Assembly: GCA_052388515.1 (NCBI GenBank) | Contig: JBQTHZ010000010.1 | Span: 565 to 64,564, forward strand | Direction of reading: 5' to 3' | From: Chloroflexota bacterium | GTDB taxonomy: Bacteria; Chloroflexota; Limnocylindria; QHBO01 | DNA length: 64,000 bases | In this document: positions 29,853 to 39,141 of the stretch, in pieces | Numbering within the stretch: the first letter of the stretch is position 1 | How the letters are laid out: every line of letters begins with the position of its first letter | Program-made: the position numbers and the translations under genes | Notes under the pieces: generated by a model | The model's input: the letters and a program-made list of their open reading frames with translations, nothing else | Told to the model about the DNA's origin: nothing | Database searches by the model: none

Positions 29853-30116
29853 TCAGCGTTGGGAGGGGCGTACCAGGCGCAGCATGAGCGCAAGATTGAT
29901 GATCGTGGGAGCCCACAGGCCGACGAAGATCGCTCCGTGCTTGTGCCCACGCAGGTAGAGGCCGATGGCCGCCGCGATCGAGACGCCCGTCGCGGCGATG
30001 TACGCGTCGGTCGGGATCTGCTCGGCCAGTTGCTCGGCCTGCCGCATGCCGGGTGCATGGCGCTCGCCGCCGAGCAGCGCGTCGAAATCGGTCCTGTCGG
30101 TGATGGTCTGGGTCAT
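29853..30116 (-). CDS. small hypothetical membrane protein (87 aa)
   Basis: Two predicted TM helices (GVSIAAAIGLYL, IFVGLWAPTIINLALML) with a start at ATG 30114-30116. The long ORF extension upstream is Arg-rich junk. Confidence 0.4.
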   Translation of the reverse strand: MTQTITDRTDFDALLGGERHAPGMRQAEQLAEQIPTDAYIAATGVSIAAAIGLYLRGHKHGAIFVGLWAPTIINLALMLRLVRPSQR

Positions 30117-30184
30117 GGTGCGGAGCCTCGTGGGGTTTGACATCCCCCGAGTCGCACGTCGCGTGCCGGGTTGCCGATCACCGA

Positions 30185-31303
30185 TCACCGAGGGGCGGGA
30201 CGCGGCTCCCCTACGGTAGCGTCCGTCGACGACTGGTCGTCGAGCGAGCGGCGGATGCTGTCGCGGATCTCTTCGGCGCGCGACCGTGCCGGCATCGGCT
30301 CGGGCATCTCCATCGGCGCATCCGTCGGCGTCGGCGCGGGCTCGTCGGAGACGTGGCGTGGCGCCGAGCGCACCGCGCGACGCACGGCCAGCTCGCGGTC
30401 CTCGACGATTCGCTCCGCGATGCGGCGGACCTCGGTCGTGAGCCACAGGTAGGCGGTCGAATCGAGCGTGTAGTCGGCCTCCGCGAACGCGTGGATGCGG
30501 CCATCGCGCTGGAGCGAGCTGATCTGCTCGAACTGGGCCAGCGACCCGCGCTGGTAGACGCCGAATGCCAGTCCACCGTTGGCTCGCACGACCGACCACG
30601 CAGGGACATCGGACGGGCCGTCGGCGATGTAGATCATGTGCTCGAATGGCACACGACGAAGATCCGCCGAGAGTGCCGAGTTGACGTGGATCTCGGGCCG
30701 CTTGTTCGTGCCCTTGTTGATTTCGAACAACGCGCGCGTCTTGCTGGTGTTGTCGATCTGGTATCCGAGGGCCGTGATCTCGCTGCTCGGAAAGAGCTGC
30801 CGCTGCTCGGGCCTGACGTAGCCAGGCGGGTGGTGCGCCTCGATGAACTCGCACGCCCACACGTCCTCCACGTATCGGCGAATGGCGCTGCCCTCGATCA
30901 TGGGCCGCAGGCCGGTGCTGACCACGTAGTGCTCGAGCGTGACGTCCGCGCGCTGGAAGGCGGGCTCCTCCTGGACCGAATCGCGCAGCCTGGCAAGAAA
31001 GTCGGGCATCCCGGGGTGATAGGTCAGCTCGGCGCCGAGCTCGAGCAGCGTCGCATTCGACAGCCCCTTGAACACGCCTGCGCGGACGTACTCGAGGATG
31101 TGGTTGAGATACAGCGAGTCATCGGCGACACGCCGGGCGCCGTGGGCCAGGTAGAAGTCACCGAGCGCGTCGACCTCGTCCCAGAACGCACGTTCGTCCA
31201 CCCCGTAGCGCGCGAACAGCGGCGACTGCATGTTGCCCGGGATGAGCGTCTTGTCGAAGTCCCAGACGACGGCAATCACCGTCTGGCTGAAGGGTCCTGC
31301 CAT
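30185..31303 (-). CDS. HAD-superfamily hydrolase
   Basis: HAD motif I (VVWDFDKTL), motif III/IV (IYIADGPSDV) and a long cap region. The start is placed at MAGPFSQ (ATG 31301-31303). The C-terminal ~60 aa are low complexity. Confidence 0.7.
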   Translation of the reverse strand: MAGPFSQTVIAVVWDFDKTLIPGNMQSPLFARYGVDERAFWDEVDALGDFYLAHGARRVADDSLYLNHILEYVRAGVFKGLSNATLLELGAELTYHPGMPDFLARLRDSVQEEPAFQRADVTLEHYVVSTGLRPMIEGSAIRRYVEDVWACEFIEAHHPPGYVRPEQRQLFPSSEITALGYQIDNTSKTRALFEINKGTNKRPEIHVNSALSADLRRVPFEHMIYIADGPSDVPAWSVVRANGGLAFGVYQRGSLAQFEQISSLQRDGRIHAFAEADYTLDSTAYLWLTTEVRRIAERIVEDRELAVRRAVRSAPRHVSDEPAPTPTDAPMEMPEPMPARSRAEEIRDSIRRSLDDQSSTDATVGEPRPAPR

Positions 31304-31438
31304 GCGACTCGATGTGCGGGCTGTCAACGGAGCGTGCAGTCTAGCCGTGCTCGTCAACGCTGCCTCATGGCCCAATGGTCCCGTGGAGGACGACAGCCTT
31401 GCCGACGAGAACTCCTCCGCGGATTCGTGGCCGGTCAT

Positions 31439-32344
31439 TCAGCCGGCGGCAAGCTCCACGCCTGCGGCGAGCGCATCCGCGCGAAGCTCCGCGAGAGGCT
31501 CATCCGAGTCGGCGGATGCCTGGAGGAGGCCGATGACGCGCGATACCCCCAGTTCGGAATAGTCGGCCAGGAGGCCCTGACGTGCCGAGCCCGGCTCGCG
31601 CCAGTCGGGCATCCCCCACCAGGCATGGACCGATACGGCAAGACTGTCCGGGTCTCGCCCGATCTCCTCGCAGCGGGCACGGATGGTGGGCAGCGCCTCC
31701 CGCACCTCGTCCGGCGCGAGGCCGTCGAGGTTCAGCTCATCGGCGTAGCGTGCGGCGAGCCGCCACGTCACGTTCGGCCCATTGCCGCCGACCATGATCG
31801 GCATGCCGCTCTCCTGGATCGGCTTCGGCAGGTTGCGAGCATCCTTCACGCTGTGATTCTCACCGTCGTAGGTGGCGTGCGTCGTGCGGCCCGGCTCGAG
31901 CATGCGTGTCACGACCTCGAGCGCGTCGTGCAGCATGCCAAGGCGCTCGTTCGTCTCCGGAAAGCCATACCCATAGGCGAGCCACTCTTCCTCCTTCCAG
32001 CCGGCACCGATCCCGAGCTCGAATCGCCCACCGGAGATCGTATCGAGGGTCGAGGCCATTTTGGCCGTCAGCGCAGGGTTGCGGAAGCCATTGCAGATGA
32101 CGATCTGACCCAGCCGAACGCGTTCGGTGAGCGCCGCCACGGCGGCGAGCGACGTGAATGACTCGAAGGTCAGCTCGTCGGTCGGCTTCGGCACGGTGTG
32201 GAAGTGATCGAACAGCCAGACCGACTCGAACCCGAGCCGATCGGCAAGCTGCGCGACCTCGACCGTGCGTGCCCACGCGCGCTGCGGCTCCCAGCCATCG
32301 TACTCACCCGTCCATCCCTGCGGAGCGATGACTCCCAGCTTCAT
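31439..32344 (-). CDS. LLM-class flavin/F420-dependent oxidoreductase (luciferase-like monooxygenase family)
   Basis: 301 aa TIM barrel with a luciferase-like pattern (GFESVWLFDHF, ...LGIGAGW). The subfamily and cofactor are not assignable from sequence alone. Confidence 0.8.
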   Translation of the reverse strand: MKLGVIAPQGWTGEYDGWEPQRAWARTVEVAQLADRLGFESVWLFDHFHTVPKPTDELTFESFTSLAAVAALTERVRLGQIVICNGFRNPALTAKMASTLDTISGGRFELGIGAGWKEEEWLAYGYGFPETNERLGMLHDALEVVTRMLEPGRTTHATYDGENHSVKDARNLPKPIQESGMPIMVGGNGPNVTWRLAARYADELNLDGLAPDEVREALPTIRARCEEIGRDPDSLAVSVHAWWGMPDWREPGSARQGLLADYSELGVSRVIGLLQASADSDEPLAELRADALAAGVELAAG

Positions 32345-32386
32345 GCTTCGTTCTCCCTGCGGAACCGGATCGCCCGCGGTCCCGAC

Positions 32387-33691
32387 TCAACGGACGATCA
32401 TCTGGGCACGTTCCGGGCCAACGCTGACGTGGGAGATCGGCACGGCGGCGAGCTCCTCCAGCCGCTCGACGTACGCACGCGCCGGTGCCGGCAGGTCGGA
32501 CCAGGAGCGGCAGGCGGTCGTATCGGCCTGCCATCCTGGAAGCTCTTCGTACACCGCTTCCAGCCGCTCGTAGACCGACGTCGACGCGGGAACGGTGGTC
32601 ATCTCGCGGCCATCCACCGGATCTCGATAGGCGTATCCGACACGGATGCGATCGAAGCCGTCGAGAACATCGAGCTTGGTGAGCGCGATGCTCGAGTATC
32701 CGGCCAGCCGCACACTGAATCGGACGGCCACGGCGTCGTACCAGCCACATCGTCGCGCCCGGCCCGTCGATGTGCCGTACTCCTCGCCGCGCTCGCGGAG
32801 TGCCTCGCCCTCGGCATCGGTGAGCTCCGTCGGGAGTGGCCCGGCGCCGACGGCCGTCGTGTACGCCTTGGCGACGCCGAGGACCTGGTCGATCGCCACC
32901 GCGGGCAGGCCGGCGCCGAGGCTCGCGCCGCCCGGGATCGGCGACGAGCTGGTCACGTAGGGGTAGATGCCCCAATCGAGGTCACGCATCGTGCCGAGCT
33001 GGCCCTCGAGCAGGACGCGGTCGCCACGATCCACTGCCGCGTTCACGAGGGCCTGTCCGTCCACGACATGTCCGGCGAGGCGTTCGCCCGCGCCGAGATA
33101 GTCGTCCATGATGCGTCCCTCGTCCGTCGCAGCCGCGATCTCATCGGCCAGCTCATCGGCAGCGGCCGGGTAGCCGGCGACCACGCGCCGGATGCGGGGC
33201 AGCGTTTCGGCAAGGCGGGCACGGAAGCCGTCGGGCTCGACCAGGTCGATGACCCGGATCCCGCGCCGGGCGACCTTGTCGACATAGGCTGGCCCGATGC
33301 CGCGCGACGTCGTTCCCAGCTTTGCAGCGCCGCGCTCACGCTCCTCGAGCTGATCGAGAAGGACGTGGTAGGGCATGACGAGGTGGGCTCGATCGCTGAT
33401 GTACAGGTTTTCGCAGGCGAACCCCGCTGCCACGAGGCCGTCGAGCTCGCTGACCAGCGCTGGCGGATTGATGACCACGCCGTTGCCGAGGAGGTTGCGC
33501 GTGCGGGCGTAGAAGATGCCCGACGGGATCAGGTGAAGCTTGAAGTGCCCGTGCGGGTTGACCACGGTGTGCCCGGCGTTGTTGCCACCACCGTAGCGGA
33601 TGACGAGGTCGGCCTCCTCTGCCAGGTAGTCGACCACTCTGCCCTTTCCCTCATCGCCCCATTGGGCGCCGACAACGGCGGTGACGGACAT
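32387..33691 (-). CDS. purA: adenylosuccinate synthetase
   Basis: 434 aa beginning MSVTAVVGAQWGDEGKGRVVD... with GGGNNAGHTV, the canonical PurA signature. Confidence 0.95.
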   Translation of the reverse strand: MSVTAVVGAQWGDEGKGRVVDYLAEEADLVIRYGGGNNAGHTVVNPHGHFKLHLIPSGIFYARTRNLLGNGVVINPPALVSELDGLVAAGFACENLYISDRAHLVMPYHVLLDQLEERERGAAKLGTTSRGIGPAYVDKVARRGIRVIDLVEPDGFRARLAETLPRIRRVVAGYPAAADELADEIAAATDEGRIMDDYLGAGERLAGHVVDGQALVNAAVDRGDRVLLEGQLGTMRDLDWGIYPYVTSSSPIPGGASLGAGLPAVAIDQVLGVAKAYTTAVGAGPLPTELTDAEGEALRERGEEYGTSTGRARRCGWYDAVAVRFSVRLAGYSSIALTKLDVLDGFDRIRVGYAYRDPVDGREMTTVPASTSVYERLEAVYEELPGWQADTTACRSWSDLPAPARAYVERLEELAAVPISHVSVGPERAQMIVR

Positions 33692-33927
33692 GGCGTGACG
33701 ACGGCGACCTCAAGGTGCGTGGGACGCGGCCATCCTACCGCCGTCCGGATGGCTGCCCGCGCCGGATTCGACCGATATCTCGGTCTCGGCCAGGCGTTGT
33801 GGCTGCTCACGCGCGGCCATCACCCTGGGTGCCGTCCGGGATTTCGGTCACTCCCGGCCCGGGCGGCTGGCTTGGGCGGGCGTTGGCCGATCCATCGGAT
33901 CCGGCCGCGCTCACGCGCGCGCAGAGC

Positions 33928-34401
33928 TCAGGCCCGAGCTCGCACCTTGTCAAAACAGTTCGAGCAGTAGACCGGTCGATCGTTGCGTGGCAGGAACGGC
34001 ACGAGAGCCTGTCCTCCGCACTCCGCGCAGACGGCAGCGTGCATCTCCCGCTCGCCTCCGCCATTTCCACCTCCGCTCCCGATGCCCAGGGCGCGGTTCT
34101 GCTTTGCGATCGCCCGGCAGCTCTGGCAGCGCTGTGGCTCGTTCACCAGGCCCTTGCTGGCGTAGAACTCCTGCTCGCCCGCTGAGAACACGAAGTCCAT
34201 GCCGCAGTCGCGACAGCGGATGGTCTTGTCGGCGTACACCCTTTCCAGTGCCTCCTGCTCTCGCACGCCCGGTCCGAATTGGACGGTCGCGGTCTGCGAG
34301 AGGGCCGTGATCTGCGTGGCAGCGAGGCGCGGATCGAGCAAACTCGGGCCAGACGTTGAGGACCGGTCGTTCCTAGCGCCCGAGTGTACACGGCTGTACA
34401 A
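33928..34401 (-). CDS. zinc-binding protein with two CxxC...CxxC zf-trcl-like repeats
   Basis: Repeats RCRDCGMDFVFSAGEQEFYASKGLVNEPQRCQSCR and CAECGG..(n)..YCSNCF. The true start is probably internal to the 157-aa ORF. Confidence 0.5.
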   Translation of the reverse strand: MYSRVHSGARNDRSSTSGPSLLDPRLAATQITALSQTATVQFGPGVREQEALERVYADKTIRCRDCGMDFVFSAGEQEFYASKGLVNEPQRCQSCRAIAKQNRALGIGSGGGNGGGEREMHAAVCAECGGQALVPFLPRNDRPVYCSNCFDKVRARA

Positions 34402-34436
34402 GCCCTTTCGACGCTCGACCGCTTGCTCGTTCGAAG

Positions 34437-35804
34437 TCAGTAGGCGGAGATCTCTTCCCGCGCAGCGACGGTGTAGAAGCGGGTGTTCGCCTTGCGGAAC
34501 TGGAGTGGCACCTCGCCGATGGGCCCGTTGCGGTGCTTGGCCACCTTCGCTTTGACGAGCTCGACCTCGGCATCCGGGTTCTGCTCACCATCGCGGTACA
34601 GGAAGATCACGACGTCCGAGTCCTGCTCGATGCTGCCTGACTCGCGGAGGTCGCTCAGCCGGGGCTCGGCGGTGCCGCGCTGCTCGACGCCGCGCGAGAG
34701 CTGCGAGAGGGCGACCACCGGGACCTTGAGCTCACGGGCGAGCTGCTTGAGCCCACGACTGATCTCGGAAACCTCTTGGACGCGGTTCGAATCCTTGTTC
34801 GAGATCGATGCCTGCATCAGCTGGAGATAGTCGACGATGACGAGGTCGAGTCCGTGCTGCTCGGCCTCGAGCCGACGCGCCTTGGTACGCAGCTCCATGA
34901 CCGAGAGCGCGGGCGAGTCATCGATCCACATCGGCGCACTGGCCATGTCGTTCATGACCTGGGCGATCTTGCTCCAATCGGTCTCGTCCACGAAGCCGGT
35001 CTGGAGCGGGCGCGGGTTGATACCGGTCTCCGCGCTGAGCAGGCGCAGGGCAAGCTGCTCTCGGCTCATCTCGAGGCTGAAAACGGCAACCTTCTTGCGC
35101 TCGCGGACCGCGGCATGTTGGGCGATGTTGAGCGCCATCGAGGTCTTTCCGACCGAAGGACGGGCGGCCAGGATGATGAGGTCTGACGGCTGGAGGCCGC
35201 CGAGCAGCGCGTCGAGCTGGCCGAGGCCGGTTGGCACCCCGAGGATCTGGCCGCGGTGCTCGTGGAGATACTCGAGGCGATCGTACGCCTGGCCGAGAAG
35301 GATCGAGAGCGACTCGAAGCCGCCGTCGCTCCTGCGCTGGCTGATCTCGAACAGGATCGACTCGGCGCGGTCAATCGCCACCTCGGCGTCGTTGGCCTCC
35401 TCGTAGCCGACCGCCGCGATCTTGCCGGCGGCGCCGATGAGGTTGCGCAGGACCGCCTTGCGCTCGACGATGCGGCCATAGTGCTCGGCGTGAACGGCAG
35501 TGGGCACCGCGTTCATCAGCGACGTCAGATACGCGGGTCCGCCCACCGCCTCCAGCCGGTCGCGTCGGCGCAGCTCATCACCGAGGGTCACGAGGTCGAT
35601 CGGCTCGCGCTGACCGTGCAGGGCGAGCATGGCCTCGTAGACGTCCGAGTGTTGAGCGCGATAGAAGTCCGCAGGCTTCAGGAAGTCGCCGACCTTGAGG
35701 ATGGCGTCCGCGTCGATGAGGATCGAGCCCAGCACGCTCTGCTCGGCCTCGACCGCCTGCGGCGCCAGCCTGTCGATGTCGCTGCGGGCCGTGGTGAGGG
35801 TCAT
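34437..35804 (-). CDS. dnaB: replicative DNA helicase DnaB
   Basis: ~455 aa with the N-terminal DnaB domain (AVEAEQSVLGSILID) and RecA-like Walker A/B motifs (GARPSVGKT, DLVIVDYLQLM). No intein. The start is placed at MTLTTARSD. Confidence 0.9.
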   Translation of the reverse strand: MTLTTARSDIDRLAPQAVEAEQSVLGSILIDADAILKVGDFLKPADFYRAQHSDVYEAMLALHGQREPIDLVTLGDELRRRDRLEAVGGPAYLTSLMNAVPTAVHAEHYGRIVERKAVLRNLIGAAGKIAAVGYEEANDAEVAIDRAESILFEISQRRSDGGFESLSILLGQAYDRLEYLHEHRGQILGVPTGLGQLDALLGGLQPSDLIILAARPSVGKTSMALNIAQHAAVRERKKVAVFSLEMSREQLALRLLSAETGINPRPLQTGFVDETDWSKIAQVMNDMASAPMWIDDSPALSVMELRTKARRLEAEQHGLDLVIVDYLQLMQASISNKDSNRVQEVSEISRGLKQLARELKVPVVALSQLSRGVEQRGTAEPRLSDLRESGSIEQDSDVVIFLYRDGEQNPDAEVELVKAKVAKHRNGPIGEVPLQFRKANTRFYTVAAREEISAY

Positions 35805-36202
35805 GACAGGCGAGACACGGGCACGGCGAGGCGGACTCCGATCGGTGGGTGAGGATTGCGCCCGGCCGGTCCGGGATGAATGAGGACCGTCGAGCACCGG
35901 GCGCATGGCCATCGTCGCAGCCGAGGCAAGTGGCTTTCCCACCGAACGATGCCGGATGGGTCGTCCGTTGGTGGATATCGCCCCTGCCGATGTGGAAAAC
36001 AGGGTCTCATCGTGCGCGACGTGGACATGACTCGAACGTATGCTCGGTTCGTGACAACCGTCTGTCGCAATCGGCACATCGTCAGGTCAACGGGCATGCA
36101 CCCGCACAGCGTGGCGCGGCGTCTGTTGCATGCATCGGCTCATCTGTTCGCCTCGAGGGCGACCCGACGCGCATGCATCGCCATCGGCCGGCGCCCGAGG
36201 GG

Positions 36203-36649
36203 TCAGGATTCGGCGACGACGCTCACGCTCAGGACAGCCTCCACGCCCGGCATCAGGCGCACGTCGATCTTGTAGTCACCGAGGGCCTTGATCGGCTCGC
36301 GCAGATGGAGCGCATGCCGATCCAGGGCGATGCCCTCGCGATTCACGAGCTCTCCGATCTGGTGCCCGGTCACGGCGCCGAAGAGGCGTCCGCGCTCGCC
36401 GGCCTTGACCGGTACCTCGAGCTTGAGCTCGCTGATCTTCGCGGCGGTCGCCTCGGCCTCGGCGCGCACGCCGCGGTCTCGCTCCTCGCGCTGATCCTTG
36501 TGGCGCTCCCAGTTCGCGATGGCTCCCCTGTCGGCGATCACAGCGGCACTGCTGGGCAGCAGGAAGTTTCGAGCGTAGCCGTCCTTGACGTCCTTCAGGT
36601 CTCCCTCGCGGCCGAGGCCCTTCACGTCGCGCTTCAGAATGACTCTCAT
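36203..36649 (-). CDS. rplI: 50S ribosomal protein L9
   Basis: 148 aa beginning MRVILKRDVKGLGREGDLKDVKDGYARNFLLP, the classical bL9 N-terminus. It lies immediately upstream of dnaB, as in many bacteria. Confidence 0.9.
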   Translation of the reverse strand: MRVILKRDVKGLGREGDLKDVKDGYARNFLLPSSAAVIADRGAIANWERHKDQREERDRGVRAEAEATAAKISELKLEVPVKAGERGRLFGAVTGHQIGELVNREGIALDRHALHLREPIKALGDYKIDVRLMPGVEAVLSVSVVAES

Positions 36650-37140
36650 TCGAGCTCCTTCGGTGCGGAGTGGTGGTGAGCGGTTCGTCGTCGCCGCCAC
36701 GTGGCGAGGGCCCGCTTCAGCTCGTCAGGATCGCGCAGACGACCGTAACGGTCCAGCAGCTCCGGCAGGTCGTCCCTGATCCGATCGAATCGGTCGCCCA
36801 TCAGGACGCGGAGGCGCGCAACGTCCCGATCCAGGTCGGCCGTACCGTTGCGGGCGCGTGCCGAGTGCTCGGCGCGCACTTCCGGCGGTGCGTTCTGGAT
36901 GAAGAGATCGAGCACCAGCAGCAGCACGGTGAGGTCGTCCGCCTGGCCGAGAATCGGTATCACGTCCGGGATCAGGTCGACCGGCAGCACCACGTAGGCG
37001 AGGGCGGCCGCCAGCATGCCCTTGAGACCGATGGGCGTACGCGGATCGCGAACGAGCCCCCACACCATGCGGGCATAGGTCGGGAGCTTGACGACGAGGC
37101 GCGCCATGCGCAGGTAGCGCGACGACGAGGACAGATTCAC
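36646..37140 (-). CDS. DUF1232 (YkvA-like) membrane protein
   Basis: The core LAAALAYVVLPVDLIPDVIPILGQADDLTVLLLVL is diagnostic of DUF1232. The gene is divergent from lexA. Confidence 0.6.
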   Translation of the reverse strand: MNLSSSSRYLRMARLVVKLPTYARMVWGLVRDPRTPIGLKGMLAAALAYVVLPVDLIPDVIPILGQADDLTVLLLVLDLFIQNAPPEVRAEHSARARNGTADLDRDVARLRVLMGDRFDRIRDDLPELLDRYGRLRDPDELKRALATWRRRRTAHHHSAPKELE

Positions 37141-37212
37141 TGGACAACTCCGGGTGTGGTCCGGGCGGGTGGAAATGATAACAGGGCAGGCGGTTGGCTT
37201 CGGTTTGACATT

Positions 37213-37226
37213 AGAACATGCGTTCT
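37213..37226. promoter_or_regulatory. LexA (Cheo/SOS) box AGAACATGCGTTCT upstream of lexA
   Basis: GAAC-N4-GTTC palindrome 50 nt upstream of the lexA ATG, in the divergent intergenic region shared with the DUF1232 gene. Confidence 0.75.
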
Positions 37227-37275
37227 GCTACGGTGCTGTCCAATCCGATGAACGCACCGATGTGCGGAGGACACC

Positions 37276-37929
37276 TTGACCAGGCACGATGCAGAGCGAC
37301 GACAGCGCATCCTCGACTGTATTGCGCAGACCGTGGAGGAACGCGGATACCCACCGTCGGTCCGCGAGATCGCCGATGCCGTCGGCCTCGCGTCGACGAG
37401 CGCTGTCCATCATCACCTGCTCGCCCTCGAGCGCGACGGTCTGCTCGAGCGCGGGACCCACTCCTCCAGGGCGTTGCGCCTGACCGCGCCGCGGCCGCAG
37501 GCGGCCGATCCGGCGAAGGTGACGCCGTTCCGGATGCCCGTCGAGCGTGACACCCTCACGCTGCCGGTGATGGGCGAGATCGCCGCCGGTCAGCCGATCG
37601 AGGCCTACGCAGATGCTTCCGAGACGCTCGCCGTCCCACGCTCGATGGAGGCGCGCGAGGACTCCTATGTCTTGCGGGTCCGCGGCAAGAGCATGATCGA
37701 TGCGCTCATCGACGACGGTGACTTCGTCATCGTCCAGCCGCAGGCCACTGCCCGCGACGGCGACATCGTCGTCGCCCTGCTCGAGGACAACGGCGTCACG
37801 CTCAAGCGCTACTTCATGGAGAAGGACCGCATCCGGCTTCAGCCGGCGAACGCCGAGATGGAGCCAATCTACGCCACCGAGGTCCAGATCCAGGGCAAGG
37901 TGGTCGGCGTCATCCGCCGCCTCGCCTGA
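37276..37929 (+). CDS. lexA: LexA repressor
   Basis: 217 aa with an N-terminal wHTH (SVREIADAVGLASTSAVHHHLLALERDGLLER), the AG cleavage site and an S24 peptidase domain (RVRGKSM...K). Confidence 0.9.
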   Translation: MTRHDAERRQRILDCIAQTVEERGYPPSVREIADAVGLASTSAVHHHLLALERDGLLERGTHSSRALRLTAPRPQAADPAKVTPFRMPVERDTLTLPVMGEIAAGQPIEAYADASETLAVPRSMEAREDSYVLRVRGKSMIDALIDDGDFVIVQPQATARDGDIVVALLEDNGVTLKRYFMEKDRIRLQPANAEMEPIYATEVQIQGKVVGVIRRLA

Positions 37930-37939
37930 TCAAAGCTGC

Positions 37940-39121
37940 ATGGCGCCCATCACGGCGCGCGAGCTGAATCGCGCCACGCTGGCGCGCCAGGGCCTGCTCG
38001 AGCCGATGGCCACGGTGACCGCCGGTGAGGCGGTCAGGCGGTTTGGATCATTACAGGCCCAGCATCCGGAATGGCCGCCCGTGGCGCTGGCATCGCGCGC
38101 TGCTGATGCGGCGACCTGCGATCTCACGGGCGGATTGACCCGCCGCGAGATCGTACGCAGCTCGCTGATGCGGAACACGATCCACGTCATCGCCACCGGC
38201 GACCTGTGGCCCATGTTCGCGGTGTGCCAGCCTCTTCGCCTCAACCAGTGGCGGCTGCTCATGAAGGCCGATCCCATCGACTCCACGCTCGGCAGGCAGA
38301 TGGCGGCCGCGCACCCCGCCGCCATCGCCGCGCTCCGCGAGCAACCTCGATCGTCGCTCGAGATCGACCGCCTCATGGGGGAGGAGCTCGGTCCTGGCAC
38401 CACGTCCGTTTCGCGACCGGCTCGGCGCGAGCCGGAGGCGCGCGTGGTGGTTCGGGCGGCCTGGCGCCACTTCTCCGCATTCGTACCGCTCGTGCACGTG
38501 CCGCACGACGGAGAAGGCTACGGCCGATCCAGGTACGCACTCGCCGCCGATTGGATCGGAGAGCAGCGGCCACCGGTGGATGAGGCAGGAGCACGCGCGC
38601 ACGTGGCTCGGCGGTACCTGGCCGCGTTCGGTCCTGCCAGCGTCGACGACCTCGTCGCGTACGTGGGGCGCGGCAAGGGCGGCATCGGGCCGTGGCGGCA
38701 CGCGGTTGCGTCGCTCGCGGGCGAGCTGATCGAGCTCCGCGACGAAGCGGGACGCACGCTGTACGACATCGGTGACGCTCCGCGCCCCGACGCGGATGTT
38801 CCGGTTCCGCCGCGCCTGCTGGCTCGTTGGGACAGCCTCCTGTTGTCGCATGCCCCGAAGCATCGAGGCCGGATCATCGCCGACACGCACCGGCCGGCCG
38901 TATTCAGCAAGAATGCAGACGTGCTTCCGACGTTCCTGGTGGATGGAGTGGTCGCCGGCACATGGGAGCTGTCAAGGGCCCCCGATCGCATCGCGATCGA
39001 ACTGCGACCGTTTGCCCGCCTCGCCCGCCCTGAGCGGTTCGCTCTCGAGTCGGAGGCGCAACGGGTCCTGGAGCTGCTTGCGCGCCACGCGTCGACACGT
39101 CAGATCGCGTTCGCACGCTGA
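37940..39121 (+). CDS. AlkZ/YcaQ-like winged-helix DNA glycosylase family protein (paralog 2), in the lexA operon
   Basis: 393 aa beginning MAPITARELNRATLARQGLLEP, paralogous to the 26977-28017 gene. It starts 10 nt after the lexA stop and ends 20 nt before dinB. Confidence 0.7.
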   Translation: MAPITARELNRATLARQGLLEPMATVTAGEAVRRFGSLQAQHPEWPPVALASRAADAATCDLTGGLTRREIVRSSLMRNTIHVIATGDLWPMFAVCQPLRLNQWRLLMKADPIDSTLGRQMAAAHPAAIAALREQPRSSLEIDRLMGEELGPGTTSVSRPARREPEARVVVRAAWRHFSAFVPLVHVPHDGEGYGRSRYALAADWIGEQRPPVDEAGARAHVARRYLAAFGPASVDDLVAYVGRGKGGIGPWRHAVASLAGELIELRDEAGRTLYDIGDAPRPDADVPVPPRLLARWDSLLLSHAPKHRGRIIADTHRPAVFSKNADVLPTFLVDGVVAGTWELSRAPDRIAIELRPFARLARPERFALESEAQRVLELLARHASTRQIAFAR

Positions 39122-39141
39122 CGGCTCGGCAGGACCGGACG